The notes under the pieces: generated by a model
What the model saw: only the letters and a program-made list of their open reading frames with translations
The model's database searches: none
Told to the model about the DNA's origin: nothing
Program-made: the position numbers and the translations under genes
Part shown: in pieces, positions 29,760-41,313 of the stretch
How positions within the stretch are numbered: the stretch's first letter is position 1
How the letters are laid out: each line of letters opens with the position of its first letter
Source of the DNA: a virus
Virus record (IMG/VR): IMGVR_UViG_3300048080_000657
DNA: 64,000 bases
Direction: 5' to 3' (one strand)

Positions 29760-31250
29760 GACCAATTCATAGAAGGTGACGACGATGAAATGCTTGGACT
29801 GCGGCGGTGAGCCCGACAGCACGAAGCATCAGATGACGTGCGTGAAACTGCGCCCTGATAACCAAGAGATCACCCAGCTCCGCTCCGAGGTTGGGGGTTG
29901 GAAAGCCGCCTATGAGCGGTGCGTGAAGGACCTTGAGGATGCACAGAAGGAAACCCTGAAGGCCATGGAGGAGAGGGCTGTCACGTTTCTTCAGGTTGGT
30001 GAACTCAAGAAGGCGCTCTACGCCGAATGCAGGGCGCTCTCCTGCGGCCCTGAGTGTGAAGGTGGAGGCTACCGCAGTTGTCGCGGGTGCGACAATCGAG
30101 CGCGGGCGGCCTACGGTCTTGGCTGGGGTAGTGTCACCGAAAAGCCATTCTCAGACTCCGAGATAAAGGCGCGGCTGGCGCTGATCGAGAATGGCAAGTG
30201 CCCTGAGTGTGGTCAGAAAGTACACCTACACAACTGCACCGACAAGCAGAAGTGCGAAGCCTTGGTTCCGGTGGACGACCACATCGGCGGCTCCCTCTCC
30301 TGCGGGAAACCGCTCCCGTGCCCGTTGCACAGATGAACGCATCTATGACTCCTGAGGAAAGATTCTGTTCTGCGGAGAGGACCGGCCCGATCGGCTCCAT
30401 GAGTCACCGCGACTGGTGCGATCTTCACGGCACTTGGACGTTCGATTGTCTACTTCGTCTCAGGCTTACGTTCCGCCCGTTGCCTGACGACAAAAAGTAT
30501 CGTGACGCGCTAGAGCGGAAGCGCAATCGTTGAAGAGCTAGACGATGAAATACATCATCGCCAAGGGCAGCGCCAAGCTACCCTTATTCTGGAGCCGGGA
30601 TGGGTGGGCGTCGATCACCCATTGGGCCAGCCGCTACGAGACGAAGGAGGCCGCCGAGAAGGCCATCAAGATTCTTGGGCTTGAGAAGGAGCAAGAGATT
30701 CGGGTGGAGGTACGCGAATCGTGAAGACGATGAACGTGCAACAGGCATACAGCCGTCTCGGTGGCTTCCGATCCCTCGCCCAAGGGTGGGACAGCTATTC
30801 AGGGAAGCCGATCAGCCCCAAGGCAATCGACAAGGCGTATGAGTTGCTTGGACTGTTGCGGGACGGATGGACTCCGGTTCCCTGCTCTGATGGGTCTGTT
30901 CAGCTTGAGTCCCATGAAAACGGCGTGGACATCGAGATCAGGATTTCGGAGACTTAGAAGATGAAGTCCAAGAAGCGCGTCAAGTGCGCCTTCTGCGGAA
31001 AGCGCAGGAAGCCACTATGCAAGGGAGGAATCCGATGCCGACAGTGTTCGGATCGGATGTGTGGACGATGAGGTCGATGACCAGCGTCAAGTGGAAGCCG
31101 GGAGTCGGAGGCCCCGCGTGTGTCTGCTGCACGAAAGGACCGCCGCGTAAGTGGAAGCCGAAGCTGCGCCGGTTGGAGCGCAGGAAGGCCAAGCAGAGCC
31201 GCCATGAGGAGTCGTAGACCATGACTTAGACAAATGTTGACTGAAGCGAA

Positions 31251-31290
31251 ATAAAAAGGCCCCGGAGAGCACGGTCTTGATTCCGGGGCC
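31251..31290 (-). terminator. intrinsic terminator-like hairpin reading on the minus strand
   Basis: GGCCCCGGA/TCCGGGGCC 9-bp inverted repeat preceded on + by an A-tract. Confidence 0.5.
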
Positions 31291-32112
31291 GGTAAGGTGA
31301 AGCGAGGATTATACGAGGTTGCGCGAATGATTGCCAGCGTGGAGGCGAGCCTGTGAAGAAGCTGGTTGAGTTCAGAAAGCATCCTGACTGCGCCCCCGGA
31401 ACATGGTGGTGGATGAGCGACGGAACCGACCCGAGCGGGCCGACGATCTCCTGTCCGAAGTGCCAAGCCCTCCACGGCCTTGACCACAAGGTGGCCGCTG
31501 ACGGGGAACTTGACCCGTCCATCGTCTGTACCCGATGTGACTTCCACGAGTACGGGAAGCTGATGGGATGGACTTACGGGGAGAAGGATTTCAGGACCCA
31601 GGCTTCTTAGACGAATCGGAGGTAACACGTAATGATGACCCGCTCCTGCGCCCTCTGCGGCTCGGTGAAGACTGGGCTGGAGGCTGAGATAAAGGCCGGT
31701 GGCGAGGCTTTTTCTGTGGCACTGGATCACTGGTGGCGCGGGATGCACAAGCCCGGATGCAGGTATCTCGAATGGTCTGCCTCTGAGCGGACAGCCTACT
31801 TCATGGAACACGGGAGCCCACTCTCGTCGGTGGAGGAATAAGAACGATGGCGAGACGCTCTCGGAGAACTTAACGTGAAACGCTGTTGCGTTTGTAAATG
31901 CAAGCGGCCTGAGCCCGCATCCAAAGCCACGAAGGAGGGCTGGGCAGGATGTCGTGTTATGTCTCGCGGCCAGAAATCACATTGGTTCTGCCCGCTCCAT
32001 CGACGGGGGGATGAGGGGCGATCGTCTCCAGTAATTGAGCACGCGGAGGCAGTTGCGGATGGAGAAGTCCAGTGTGAGGTCGCTTAACGGACAAAGGTGA
32101 TCCAGACAGCCC

Positions 32113-32142
32113 TTGACCTTCCATGAGTAAACGCGGTATACT
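32113..32142 (+). promoter_or_regulatory. sigma70-type promoter with operator-like box, between two junction sites
   Basis: TTGACC-18-TATACT; GTAAAC-GCGG-TATAC. Confidence 0.75.
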
Positions 32143-32186
32143 ATCGGAGACAGATTACCAATCAATCAAAAGGTGAGGCTGAGCGC

Positions 32187-32588
32187 ATGAGCAGAAACAG
32201 ATGCCGGACGACCTGCGATTGCGGACTGGACTTCTCCTATCGTCCCGAGATCGGGGAAAGACCTCCTTCAGCCCTGATCGAAGGCCCGGAATACCTCCGG
32301 CAGATCGGCTGGGAGGATTGCCCTTACGACACGGACGGATGGCATGAGAAGGGAACCACCCTATTTGCGAAGGTCCTCTGTCCACTGTGCTTGACGGAGT
32401 TCGTCGGCTGGTTCTGCCCCCCGGACATGCCTCAATGGGACGGGCCGGAGTGGCGGATTTACGACACATCGTACTGGAGCTCCTACAACGACGAGCCCGG
32501 AGAGGAAGACAAACGGAACCGGCGCGACCCAGCCGAGGTTTCCGCCTCGCTCAAGAAGTTGTCGGATCACGAATCAACCAAAAGGTGA
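32187..32588 (+). CDS. cassette hypothetical protein
   Basis: Ends DHESTKR* encoded by site 32567. Confidence 0.7.
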   Translation: MSRNRCRTTCDCGLDFSYRPEIGERPPSALIEGPEYLRQIGWEDCPYDTDGWHEKGTTLFAKVLCPLCLTEFVGWFCPPDMPQWDGPEWRIYDTSYWSSYNDEPGEEDKRNRRDPAEVSASLKKLSDHESTKR

Positions 32589-33214
32589 GGAAACCATGGG
32601 GAACAACTGGCCTGATTTCCGGAATATGACGAGAGAAGAGGCGATCTCCAGGCTGAGGGAGATGGGGGACGAAAAACTGTCTCCGCTAATCCGATGGATC
32701 TCGGAATCGAGCGTCCTAGGCGGCTCGTATCAAGAGATCCGGGTTACGATGGCGGAAGCGGAAAGGCGCGCGGTCAGGAAGGCAAAAGGCGAGGACGTTT
32801 CCAGCGAACCGCACGAATTAGTCAAAAGAATACCAAAGCTGCCTCCAATAGAACCTGGTGAACCGGCACCGTTTGGAGTCGCATAACAGTCAAAAGGTGA
32901 GGAACGCTACATGACTATCCCGGTGCTGAAGTACGTGAGCGGGCAGATCGAGCCCGACGCCGACGTGTTCATCATCCTGGACTACATGCCGCCGTATCCC
33001 AGCAAGGACACGGTGCCGCAGAAGGTGGTGGTCTGGAGCAGGTCCTGCAATGCCTTCGTCAGGTTCTTCGAGGATCCGCTCTGGGACGTCTACGGCGACG
33101 ATTTTGGGACCGTGGAGCGGGCGATGGACGTGGCCTCGCGGGCGCCGAAGCCTCGGAAACCGTACATCAAAACCACCTTTTCGTTGAATCATCCTTCAGA
33201 CAAAAGGTGAGGCC

Positions 33215-34369
33215 ATGGGGAAAAGCAGATACGAAGTGGTGGCCAAGCTCGTCTGGGACGGCGGCGATGAAGTGCGCATTCCGGAGGAGCTGGGAACACC
33301 GCGCGACGACCAGATGCGTGGAACGCCTGGAGAACGCTTGAGTGAGCTCTCCGGGCGTGTGTGCTACGACTCGCTCGGAAAGGGTCGCTCTAGCTACGAC
33401 TACCACAGGCACATCAAGGGAGTAGGCCACTTTTCGGTCTACGAGCACCACCAGATAACGGTGTTCGTCGGCAACGAGAAGCTCGAAGGCGGTCGATTGC
33501 TGCAGGCCAGGACGCTCGTCAACCGCCCCGGCATCTTCGTCCGCTTCGGGAAGGATGGCGCTCGGCTCACGTTCAACCCCAGGGTGCTCCTCGACTGGGA
33601 CCAGTGGAACGACCCCGAGGACCCGGACGCGCTGTGGCTGAAGGACGTCCTTCTCTACTACGCGGAGCAGGACTGGCCGAGAATTACCCCGTGCGAAGCC
33701 TTCCGAACCGCAGAGAACTGTACGTCGGTCGCGCTCTGCAGCCGGCGGATGGCACCGGATCACGACGAGGAGAAGTGGGTCAGCATGTTCATCACGGGCT
33801 CCCGCGGTATGACCCATGAGCTCGTCCGGCACGGCGATCGGACCGCCATTTCCCAGAGATCCACGCGATTCGTAGACGAGGACGGCTCCCCCTGGATCGA
33901 CCATCCGCTCGTTCAGGAGTTCCTCGGGTCGAACGAGCCGCTTCCGGAGGATCCGGGCGATCGCATCAGGGGCGCCCTCAAGGCCCTGATCGAGGACACG
34001 AAGAGCGCCGCCCGGGCAACGTACGCCAAGGCTGCGGAGTGGCTGCAGAGGTGGCTGGCTTTGAAAGGAACCGACAAACTCACGGCTCGGAAGCAGGCCC
34101 GCGGCGCCGCGCGCGGCTACCTCGGGAATGCGCTCTACACCGAACTCGTCTTCTCGGCGTCCGTGGCTCAGTGGAAGCGGATGATCCGGCTGCGCTGCAA
34201 TGACGGGGCCGATGGGGAGATCCGTGCTGTCTTCGTGGAGGTCCTGAAGGAACTCAAGCAGTGTCAATATGCCCGAGCTTTCGAGGCTTTCGATCTCGTG
34301 CCGGCCTCCGATGGTGTCGGACATGTCGCGAGCGAGCGAAAGCCGATGCACGTTCCGGCCCAAAGGTGA
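33215..34369 (+). CDS. thyX: FAD-dependent thymidylate synthase
   Basis: GH.SVYEH, SRGMTHELVRHG, SQRSTRF, R....A..EIR. Confidence 0.82.
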   Translation: MGKSRYEVVAKLVWDGGDEVRIPEELGTPRDDQMRGTPGERLSELSGRVCYDSLGKGRSSYDYHRHIKGVGHFSVYEHHQITVFVGNEKLEGGRLLQARTLVNRPGIFVRFGKDGARLTFNPRVLLDWDQWNDPEDPDALWLKDVLLYYAEQDWPRITPCEAFRTAENCTSVALCSRRMAPDHDEEKWVSMFITGSRGMTHELVRHGDRTAISQRSTRFVDEDGSPWIDHPLVQEFLGSNEPLPEDPGDRIRGALKALIEDTKSAARATYAKAAEWLQRWLALKGTDKLTARKQARGAARGYLGNALYTELVFSASVAQWKRMIRLRCNDGADGEIRAVFVEVLKELKQCQYARAFEAFDLVPASDGVGHVASERKPMHVPAQR

Positions 34370-35246
34370 GAATATGGACGACAAGAGCAAAGATGAGATC
34401 ATGAGGGAGGCGGCGGGGCTTCTTGAGCTTTGGCTTCATCCTATGAGAATCCACTGTACAGCTCCTATGCACAACGGAGAAGGCGTACTTTCATGCACAT
34501 GTCGACAGGCCGAATTGAGAAGCCGAACGTTGGAGTTTCTGTCCGAGAAGCTCAGGTCTCATCGTTTGCTCGAAAGGTGAGGTTGGCATGGAACAGGGTG
34601 AGCGGGAAGTCCTGATGCGGCAACTCGAGGAGCGCCGTGACATCATCGACGTCTACAAGCGCATCCTTGGTGAAGTTCAAGCCGAGCGCGACCGCTGTCG
34701 CGAAGCCCTCGTGGCATTGAAGGGTGGAGACTGCTGGTGCGAGATGGCGGTAGGTAATCCGATGGTACGGAGACACTCGACAGGATGCCAGATGGCCACA
34801 GACCTGACGAAGGCGATGGGGCTTCCCGAACCCAGGCACGGAAGCGTCGAAAGGTGAGTGGTGAGGTATCATCTGAATTCCGGAAGAGTGGATCACCAGG
34901 GGATTCCGACGGCCGCCTGCAGCGAGAAGCATTTTCGGAATCTGTCACCAATTCTGTCGATGGTGAACTGCCGCCGGTGCTTACGGTCCAAGAAGGCTCA
35001 TCAAAGAGTCGAAAGGTGAGGGGGAGACCATGACGACGGCATACAGGGAAGTCCGGCCGACGAAGGACCTGCTCGCCCAACGGCGATGGGGCTGGGCCCT
35101 GCTGACCACGTTCGGGGAGCAGAACCCGTGCGGTGGAGGCGGTCACCTCTTCCGCCGGCACATCTGGAAGGATGGGAAGTGCCGCCGTTGCAGTCAGGCC
35201 CGGACCGACAAGACGCGCCACAGTATCGAAAGGTGAGGCTGGAATC

Positions 35247-35555
35247 ATGCAAGTCGAATGGCACGAGGACGATAGGCCGAAGCCAGACGGCCACTATGCC
35301 ACGATCAACCGGAAGAGATTCCCGACTGTGACCGTAAGCAAGGTGCAACGATTCAGGTCAAACCGTGTCGTTCGCGACCTGCTCGACGCGGCGAGGCAGG
35401 GGCGTAAGTTAGATTTGAACGAGATCGCCATCCGCGCTGGGCATGGCGCGTACTCCAAGGACGAGATGCATGAACTGTACCGGCTTATTGGGTACTCGGT
35501 CTGTGGATTTTCTGAAGCGTTCGAGGACGATTCGATAGGCTCCGATCTTTGGTGA
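35247..35555 (+). CDS. cassette hypothetical protein
   Basis: Between sites 35215 and 35563. Confidence 0.6.
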   Translation: MQVEWHEDDRPKPDGHYATINRKRFPTVTVSKVQRFRSNRVVRDLLDAARQGRKLDLNEIAIRAGHGAYSKDEMHELYRLIGYSVCGFSEAFEDDSIGSDLW

Positions 35556-36192
35556 GCGATCCACATCAAACAGACGAAAGGTGAGGTCACGATGGGAACT
35601 CCGGTGATGTGTGGGCGGCACGACTACATGGGCTTCGAGCCGTGTCCGCGTTGCAAGGCCGTCGGGGCCTTGGCCGCCAATGTGCTGGTCGAGGCAAGGA
35701 TGCTTCGGGAGATTTACGAGAAGTCCCCGATGCCGCTGGAAGCTACGTCGCTGAATCGGGCGATGAAGAGCGTCGTGGACGCGATCCGTACCTTCGACAC
35801 ATCGCCCGAGGCGCGCTCATAGAATCGTCGAAAGGTGAGGATATGACGCCGGAGCGTTTTGGCGAAATCAGAGAACGAAGCCGCTACGCCAACGGAGGCT
35901 TCGCTGGCCTGAGCGAGCAGGAAGCCGAAGAACTGATTGCAGAGGTCGAACGGCTCAAGGACGAACTCCAGCGTGCATTCCAGCGCGAAGACTGTTGGCG
36001 CAACGGCAACGCCCTTCTGCGGCGCGTCGAGGTCCACCTGGTCGACCGCCGCAAGATGGAACCTCGCCACTCGCGGGAGAACCACACATGCCCAGAGTGC
36101 GAGACGCTGGCCGAGTTGAGGCTCGCGCGAAACGAATAACCAGAGATGAAGCTGCCCAGAGATCACGAATCCGTGGAAAGGTGAGGGACGGC

Positions 36193-36858
36193 ATGAACGA
36201 CATTCTTCGGCCGCTGACGGCGGACGGCTTGGTGGGCTGGGACCAGTTCAACCAGATCTGGCTCTGGGAGGTCGAGGGTGAGACGCGGCGTGGGCACATC
36301 ATCGCCGACGTCAGGGAGAAGATCTGCAGAGTCTGCAACCGCGGCTGGGAGACGACAGCCAAGGGCCTGGGGGACCAGTACTACTGGCAGACCCGGGAGG
36401 AGTGGGCCCACGCGAGTTGCTTCGTGCGCTATCTGGCCCTGCGCGAGTACTCCTTCTGGCATGATGCACTCTGCGGGGTATTCCGGTTCGAGCGGCCGGC
36501 GGAGATCCCCAACGAGTACGGTGGGGCGTGGAACACGCCTTGGTACCGGGTAACGCTGCTCGACGTGCCGCGGACACTCAAACTGGGGCACCGGAAGCGG
36601 GTCTACCACATGGAGATTGAACCGGAGGGGCGGTACGCCCCGCCTGCGGACGATACGCCGGAGGCCGCAGCCAAGCGGTTCGCGGCGAGGGCGCGGACGA
36701 ACCTATCGCACGCGACGAAGCTCTTCGAGGCGGAAGAGGTGACCAAAGAGGTGGGAGCGGACATGGTGCTCGTCCACGCCTGGACAGAAGAGAAGGCCCG
36801 TGAATACCTGAAGCACTTCGCGCAGGTCTTGGGCCTGCCACCGCGGGAGCAACGATGA
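36193..36858 (+). CDS. cassette hypothetical protein (paralog of 22611..23315)
   Basis: Shared N-terminus and C-terminal A..YLKHFA..LG. Confidence 0.8.
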   Translation: MNDILRPLTADGLVGWDQFNQIWLWEVEGETRRGHIIADVREKICRVCNRGWETTAKGLGDQYYWQTREEWAHASCFVRYLALREYSFWHDALCGVFRFERPAEIPNEYGGAWNTPWYRVTLLDVPRTLKLGHRKRVYHMEIEPEGRYAPPADDTPEAAAKRFAARARTNLSHATKLFEAEEVTKEVGADMVLVHAWTEEKAREYLKHFAQVLGLPPREQR

Positions 36859-37040
36859 GGCTGGGCAAAATCTCCAGTACGCGGTACGCCGTGGAAGAGG
36901 CGATCCGTCTCTCGAAGGAGAGGCGCATCACCTGGGAGGCCGGGGCCCGCGCGATGAGCGACGTGGCGTCCTGGGAGGAGATCGCCAGGGGGATGCGGCG
37001 GCGGCGAGCTCCGGATCACGAATCCATCGAAAGGTGAGAA

Positions 37041-37283
37041 ATGAAGCTCGAAGAGGTCCTTAAAGAACGGGCCGCGGAGTTCCACGCTTGCCCGTTCTGT
37101 GGGCTAGTCAACGATCCCGACCATATGGGAAACCTGGTCATCTGGGTTTACACTGTAGGTGGAGAGAAGAGCCGCACCTATGCTATACGGTGCACCGGCT
37201 GCCGTGGCGAGGGGCCGATGGCCTTCACCGAAGATGAAGCGTTGGGTCTTTGGAATGGCCGTCACGAAACTAGCAAAAGGTGA
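37041..37283 (+). CDS. Lar-like restriction-alleviation zinc-finger protein
   Basis: ACPFCG...IRCTGCRGEGP...EAL..WNGR. Confidence 0.65.
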   Translation: MKLEEVLKERAAEFHACPFCGLVNDPDHMGNLVIWVYTVGGEKSRTYAIRCTGCRGEGPMAFTEDEALGLWNGRHETSKR

Positions 37284-37292
37284 GTTCACACA

Positions 37293-37805
37293 ATGAGCAT
37301 GGGAATCCGGCGATGGATCGACGCGCTTACGATGAACAGATCCCATCGGTGCTGGCCCCACGTCGTTCGCGCCTATATGGCCAAGGAGGAGCGCGAAACG
37401 GTGTCTCGGCTGTTCCGGGAGCACGGGATCAAGTACACGAAGGAGAAGCGGCGGCTGCGCGTCGCCTACAAGATTCCGTGGGGCATCGATTTCGACATTC
37501 ATAATCCAGCCGCGTGTCCGAAAGCAGGAACCTGGAACGGCCCGCTGGAGTGCCTGATGGCCGTCTTGGATGCCGACTGCAAGGACGCGACTGGAGATCG
37601 TGTGCGGGTACAGGTCGGCAATGATCCGTCATGCAAGCATGAAGAGACGACGCCGTGGGAGAAGGCGTCATTCGGGGTCATTCCGATCTACGGTGCCAAC
37701 TGCATCAGGTGCGGCGAATTCGCCTTCCGATTCCCTCCGCAGGAGGAGGTAAGCCCGAAGCAGATGGAGGCCGCGTTCGATGAGATGAAAAGGATGATCG
37801 GCTAG
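37293..37805 (+). CDS. cassette hypothetical protein
   Basis: Between sites 37262 and 37807. Confidence 0.65.
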   Translation: MSMGIRRWIDALTMNRSHRCWPHVVRAYMAKEERETVSRLFREHGIKYTKEKRRLRVAYKIPWGIDFDIHNPAACPKAGTWNGPLECLMAVLDADCKDATGDRVRVQVGNDPSCKHEETTPWEKASFGVIPIYGANCIRCGEFAFRFPPQEEVSPKQMEAAFDEMKRMIG

Positions 37806-38721
37806 ATCACGATTCGAGCGAAAGGTGAGCCGATGATGAAATGGTTGAGGCGGTTCTCGTGCTGGATGTTCGGCCACTATTTCGGCGGTCCGTTGGTATG
37901 GGGGCGAATGGACTGCCTTCACTGCGATTGGTGGTGCGACATGAGGATTCCGGCGTCGAAGTGGGGGCGTCAATACTGAGCGAAAGGTGAAGCCCAAGAA
38001 GAAGTCCGTCCGAAAACCACGCGATGGCCGCGATCGTCGATGCCGAAGAACAGGTGACCTGCCGGCTTGGCTCGCGGGAAGCGTGATCTCGGGCGAGAAA
38101 CGTCACGGGCCAGGTCGTCGGTTGAAGGATTGAGGATCGACCGCTGATGCACATTTGAGGGGATAGGTGATGGAACCCGTCGAAGTGGTCAAGGCGCAGT
38201 TGGCCGGCGCGGTCTTGGCGTCTGTAATGTTCTTTCGGCCGGAAGCCATCATCGAGGTCTTTCGGCTCAGCAGGGAGTTGGGCGAGCGTGGTGTCTCGTC
38301 GGAAGAGGTGGACGCGGTATTCGATGTCGTAGCTTCCCTCCAAGCAGAGGGCAAGCGCATCCTCCGTGGTCAATAAGCCATGTTTGAACTCGTGCTCGGC
38401 GGCCTTCTGCAGCTCACGGCCGCCCACCTGAAGAGCAAGAAGGGCCAGGGATGGGTTACGGTTCCCGAGCTGGCCGAAGCGATGCGGAAGGCGGGCGAGG
38501 AGATGAAGGAGCTTCTCCGGAAGCACGGCGTCAAGGTCGATCCGGATCACGAATCTATCGAAAGGTGATGGGCGGAGTATGATATCCGTGAAGTTGGTCT
38601 TCGCGTGGTACGACTTTTGGGTGGGCTGGTTCTGGGACCGTCAGAAGAGGCGGCTCTATGTCTTCCCGGTCCCGATGCTGGGCCTGATGATCCAGTTTTG
38701 CAGTTCCAGCGAAAGGCGTCC

Positions 38722-39351
38722 ATGACGGTCTGGTTTTCTTCGGACCAGCACTTCGGCCACGAGCGCGTCATCGGCTACACTGGCCGCCCGTTCAAGGATG
38801 CCGAAGAGATGGGCGAGGCGCTCGTGGAGAGCTGGAACGCCGTCGTTCAACCCGGAGATGTGATCTACCACCTTGGGGACTTCGCCTTCCTTCGCCCAGA
38901 CGCAGTTCCTCCTCTGGTGAAGCGCCTTCGCGGGCAGATCCACCTTGTGCGCGGGAACCACGACCGCTTCCTGAAGGACAAGCGGCGCGACTTCGGCTTT
39001 GCCTGGATCGGGGAGTACAAGGAGGTCAAGGTCGGCGAGCAGAAGATCGTCCTGTGCCACTACCCGTTCCTCACGTGGAACGGGCGTCATCACGGCAGCT
39101 GGAGCCTCCACGGCCACTCGCACGGAAGCCTCCCGCGCGATTTCTCGACAAAGCGCCTGGACATTGGGGTGGACGCCGTGGCCGCGCTTCTGGCCGGCGG
39201 CGGACCGCGATACCCGGCGGGCTATCGCCCCATCTCCTACGAGGAGGTATCGGTCGAGATGGGGAAGCACGGGATTGCCGCCGTAGATCACCACGAAGCC
39301 AGGGGCGGCGAAGATGGTGACGAACCCGATGGTCCGCGCGAATCATCTTAA
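38722..39351 (+). CDS. calcineurin-like metallophosphoesterase
   Basis: SDQHFGH, HLGDF, RGNHD, HGHSH. Confidence 0.88.
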   Translation: MTVWFSSDQHFGHERVIGYTGRPFKDAEEMGEALVESWNAVVQPGDVIYHLGDFAFLRPDAVPPLVKRLRGQIHLVRGNHDRFLKDKRRDFGFAWIGEYKEVKVGEQKIVLCHYPFLTWNGRHHGSWSLHGHSHGSLPRDFSTKRLDIGVDAVAALLAGGGPRYPAGYRPISYEEVSVEMGKHGIAAVDHHEARGGEDGDEPDGPRESS

Positions 39352-39371
39352 AGGTGACGGTCGATTAGCAC

Positions 39372-39401
39372 TTGACCGACCACCAGTAAACGTAGTATAC
39401 T
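39372..39401 (+). promoter_or_regulatory. sigma70-type promoter with operator-like box
   Basis: TTGACC-18-TATACT; GTAAAC-GTAG-TATAC; directly after site 39336. Confidence 0.75.
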
Positions 39402-39457
39402 GACGAGATGACGCGACCCACGCTCTTCAGGACATCACAGCACCGGAAGGGTGAGCA

Positions 39458-40417
39458 ATGAGCGAGTGGAAGGTTCAGGTCGTCAAGGTCGGGGCGCTTA
39501 CCAAGCATCCGAACGCGGATCGGCTGCTCCTCACCCAAGTCTTCGATTACCCGGTCATCACGGCGATCGGGGAACACAAGGAAGGGGACCTCGCCGTCTA
39601 CGTCCCGGTCGACAGCGTCGTGCCGGCGGACGATCCTCGCTGGGTGTTCCTCCAGGGGCACCTTCGGATCAAGGCACGAAAGCTCCGCGGAATCTTCTCG
39701 ATGGGCCTCCTAACGAAGGCCGATCCGGACATGAAGGAGAGCGAAATAGTCGCGGAGCGCCTCCGCATCACGAAATACGAGCCACCGGAGCCGGCCACGA
39801 CCGGCGGGGAGGCCGAGAAGTGCCCGTTCGAGTGGCCGAAGTACACGGATCTCGAAAGCATCCGGCGCTATCCGGAGGTCCTCACCGAAGGCGAAGAGGT
39901 GGTCATCACGGAAAAGGTCCACGGCACGTCTTCGAGATATGTCTGGAAGGACGGCCGGCTCTGGGTCGGCTCCCATAAGGAGGTCAAGCGAGAGTGCAAG
40001 GAATCCGCCTACTGGAAGGCGGCTGTCCAGATCGACCTCGCTAGGCGCCTTGAAACGATGCCAAGCATCGCGATCTACGGCGAGGTCTACGGTTGGGTCC
40101 AGGACCTCCGCTACGGCCACACCCCCGGAAAGGTGAGCTTGGTCCTTTTCGATGCGATGGATCTCTCTACGCTGCGGTATCTCGATGTGGACGACTTCTT
40201 GGTGCTCGCGAAGAAGTTTGAACTGCCAACGGTCCCGATCCTCTACCGCGGCCCTTGGAAGCAGGATCTTCGCGCCTTGGCGGAGGGGAAGACGATGCTC
40301 GGCGCCGACCATGTCCGGGAAGGCTTCGTCGTGCGGCCCCTGAAGGAACGCTTCGATGAGCGCATCCAGCGCGTCGTTCTCAAGTACCATGGCGAAGGGT
40401 ATCTTCTGAAGGCATAG
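39458..40417 (+). CDS. RNA ligase (ATP), DRB0094/Rnl2-like family
   Basis: N-terminal HPNADRL OB domain; TEKVHGTS; YGEVYG; REGFVV; LKY. Confidence 0.88.
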   Translation: MSEWKVQVVKVGALTKHPNADRLLLTQVFDYPVITAIGEHKEGDLAVYVPVDSVVPADDPRWVFLQGHLRIKARKLRGIFSMGLLTKADPDMKESEIVAERLRITKYEPPEPATTGGEAEKCPFEWPKYTDLESIRRYPEVLTEGEEVVITEKVHGTSSRYVWKDGRLWVGSHKEVKRECKESAYWKAAVQIDLARRLETMPSIAIYGEVYGWVQDLRYGHTPGKVSLVLFDAMDLSTLRYLDVDDFLVLAKKFELPTVPILYRGPWKQDLRALAEGKTMLGADHVREGFVVRPLKERFDERIQRVVLKYHGEGYLLKA

Positions 40418-41097
40418 AAGCGCCGAAAGGTGAGGGACATGAAACCTTGTAATGTGTGTGGGAAGTCTCCTGACCGGTGCTCATGCCCGGTCGTCAAGAT
40501 AGACCGCTACCTATGTACGCTCTGCTACTATCACGGAGTAAGGTCTGAGATGGTCCTACACGAGGACGCTCGTGGATTCGTCTCTCACTGGACCTGCAGG
40601 AACACTTCCGCCTGTGCAGCAAGAAAAGTAGGCGTACACCAAAGCGCAGAAAGATGAGGAGAACCGATGACGAGTCAGGAATACGGACAGATGCAAGCGT
40701 TCCCGGGTCCCGTTGTCCCAGGCGGCGTGACTCGTCGGGACTGGCTCTACGGCATGGGCTTCCAGGGCATCATGGCCAGCGGGAAACAACTCGGGACCAA
40801 TGAGATCACGGCGCGACTGAGCCCGCTGGTCGACGCGATCCTCGAGGACCTGGCCAAGGCTCACCAAAGCGCGGATAGGTGAATCGCATGTTTGAGCCAC
40901 GCGACACATTCCAGAGAATCCTGTATCTGCTCATGGCGGTGACTCTTCCGTTTACTGCCTTCCGGATGTTCAGGATCGGTGAGCCGACTGTGGGCGCGAT
41001 CTGTGGGGCTTGGGCGCTGATTGCCGTGCTTCACACGATGCAGTGGCTCGTACAGGCCGTAAGAGATCACGGAAGTGCTGAAAGGTGAGGACGCCCA

Positions 41098-41313
41098 ATG
41101 ATGAACGATTTAAGCGGGATCGTCGGGGACGTCTACGAAGATCCAAGTACCCATTGGATCATGTTGCGGATTGATGCCTGTGACTGTCACGGCCCCTCAG
41201 TGGCGTCACGGCATCTTTTGCGTGTCAGGGAGCTTCCAGTAGATGAAAAGTGGCTGGTGGACAGACGGGGGAAGAGGATTTGTGTCCAGACTGTTGTCTT
41301 TGATCTTTCATGA
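41098..41313 (+). CDS. cassette hypothetical protein (paralog of 46810..47025)
   Basis: VYEDP.THWIMLRID.C.CHG.SV. Confidence 0.75.
   Translation: MMNDLSGIVGDVYEDPSTHWIMLRIDACDCHGPSVASRHLLRVRELPVDEKWLVDRRGKRICVQTVVFDLS

Noticed and set aside
33167-34402. 411-aa minus-strand ORF (likewise 52894..53751, 30954..31811, 57804..58622 and other long minus ORFs)
   Set aside because: Shadow frames of motif-bearing plus-strand genes in GC-rich DNA; no motifs or RBS recognised.
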